Source of the DNA: Eledone cirrhosa
Taxonomy: Eukaryota
Assembly (NCBI GenBank): GCA_964016885.1
Contig: OZ024765.1
Span: 3,968,001-4,032,000, forward strand
Direction of reading: 5' to 3'
Length of the DNA stretch: 64,000 nucleotides
Both the position numbers and the translations under genes were made by a program. The notes under the pieces were generated by a model, which saw only the letters and a list, made by a program, of their open reading frames with translations, was not told where the DNA came from and searched no databases. This document shows, in pieces, positions 62,141 to 64,000 of the stretch (position 1 is its first letter; each line of letters opens with the position of its first letter).

Positions 62141-64000
62141 TAAAGGACTAATATTTAAATAGTAGTACACTATTCCAATGTAAAGCTCTGAATAACTATA
62201 TCTTTCGGGGAGATATATCAAACGAGCGACATGATAGAAATATATATTTAAAGGACTAATATTTAAATAGTAGTACATTATTCCAATGTAAAGCCCTGAA
62301 TAACTACAGCTTTCGGGGAGATATATCAAACGAGTGACATGATAGAAATATTTAAAATAATGAAAAGACTACAATATACAGTATTGCAGAAGTAAATGTA
62401 AATATAAGACATTACCATTGAACTGCAGATGAAAGTCAGAACTCTTTACATTTATCCCAGGTATATAGAAAGCTATCCTGATGTCCACTGATTGAAATAT
62501 AAAACAATAAAGAAACACCACAATCCAGTAAACCTTAGTAATAATCCAATTAAGCCGCCATTTACAGTAGAAAATAGTAAGAAAAACAAAGTCACACTCA
62601 GAAGTTAATGCAGTGAAAACAATAAAAATATTATTAATAAATAATAATAATTTCATTTCATATTATCATTAAATTGTTTGTCTATTTTTATTGTAAACAT
62701 AAAATATACAAATATATATATATATATTATTATTATTATATATATAGATTCATACATATACATCGATACATTCTGTGAGTATGTCTTACTTAGGCAAAAG
62801 TCAAGTAATTTGCGGTGAGGAACCAATCCGTTAAATTGATCCCAGTACATGACTGGTACTATAAGTTATCTGCTCCAAAATCATAAAATTATGGATTAAT
62901 CTAAACACTGAGAACATAAAGGTGGGGTAAAATTATTTAAAAATTGAGGTTTTAATATTTTATCTTGGTGTCATACTTAAGGATATAATGTAGTTATTGG
63001 TGGAAATAATATAATATGTGATGAAGAGGTGTATATAACTGTGGATATAGAATTGTTTTAATCATTATTTTTAACGGACGAAAAAACTACATAATGACTT
63101 CTAGTCGGAGTTACGGGAAATTACGGCAAAGACCCTCCATGAAGGTTCAAATATTACACATTATCTATATATAGGAATCGGGCTAAACAATTTACGGGCA
63201 CGTCGCTCTAAGTTGGAATATTTTTCACACACACAGACACGGGAGTTAGGTATGACATATTTCAAATAAGAGAACATTATTACAGACGGAGTCATTGTAG
63301 GTTGAAATCATTGTTAGACCGATCAGAAAGAAAATGGATATTTAATTCATGAATAAACCTGAAGTGTGAAAGACAGAGTCGACCCTTTCTAGTAACAACA
63401 CTAAGAAACCCATGAACGCCACCACGTCCTAAATCTAACTCTGCGATCGTCATATCAAATCGAAATACTTCACCAACTGTGGAAGATGAAGGATTGAAGA
63501 ACTATGATATATAGCTAAGAGGCTTGTCTCCAGAACATTTAGTAAGGTGTAAGCCAAGGGTTGCCAAATATTTTGGCGTCATTTCCCACATTCACATGAA
63601 AAAATGTTCCACCAGCCACCTGTATAGTAAATATTCCAAAGTATACCAAATATGTTTCGTAAATGTTTGTTCCTGGTTTAATTTTCCCAATTAGCTTCCT
63701 GATTTTTATTCAGGTTCTTTGCATATATTCCTTGAATAGGTTTTCGGGTAGCATACCTTCTTAAATCTCAAAATTCTATATCGGCCACCAAAGTTTCCAA
63801 TGGCACTCAATTTTCTGTTCAGCTGCTCATCGCCCACCCAACAGTTGAAACCGCCCAGTTGAGGAACCCCTGTGGGTAAGCTACATATTAATCGAGAGGA
63901 GGAGGTGACTATTATAATTTTTATAAGTAATAATCTTTTAAAGACAAGAGGAAATTTCATCATTAAAATCATAAATATATGTCTACAGAATACAATACAG

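Overview
AT-rich, microsatellite- and transposon-dense metazoan genomic DNA. The repeat landscape (tRNA-derived SINEs with RTE-type (GAT)n tails, long (AT)n/(ATAC)n tracts) suggests an octopod cephalopod; this is inference, not a database match. Three genes could be reconstructed by hand. (1) The last ten coding exons of a WRN-type RecQ helicase on the + strand (1462-18034; RQC, HRDC, helix-turn-helix and a C-terminal Ku-binding motif), all GT-AG with consistent phases. (2) A nanos ORF on the - strand (28074-29123) with the tandem CCHC finger. (3) A five-exon, 430-aa flavin-containing monooxygenase on the - strand (36382-46212). Nearly all other ORFs in the supplied track are artefacts of simple repeats or decayed transposons (RTE and CR1 LINEs, a Penelope-like GIY-YIG fragment, mariner, DD37D/maT, Helitron, piggyBac-like MITEs, SINEs). 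Signals the genes do not explain: at least six type I hammerhead-ribozyme-like motifs, one apparently intact on the sense strand inside an FMO intron; at least three transposon families whose internal segments have expanded into minisatellites; a duplicated palindromic block at 50.9-56.7 kb built from a MITE-derived 88-bp satellite; and a fold-back element carrying two convergent tRNA-like units. All coordinates and pairings were read by eye.
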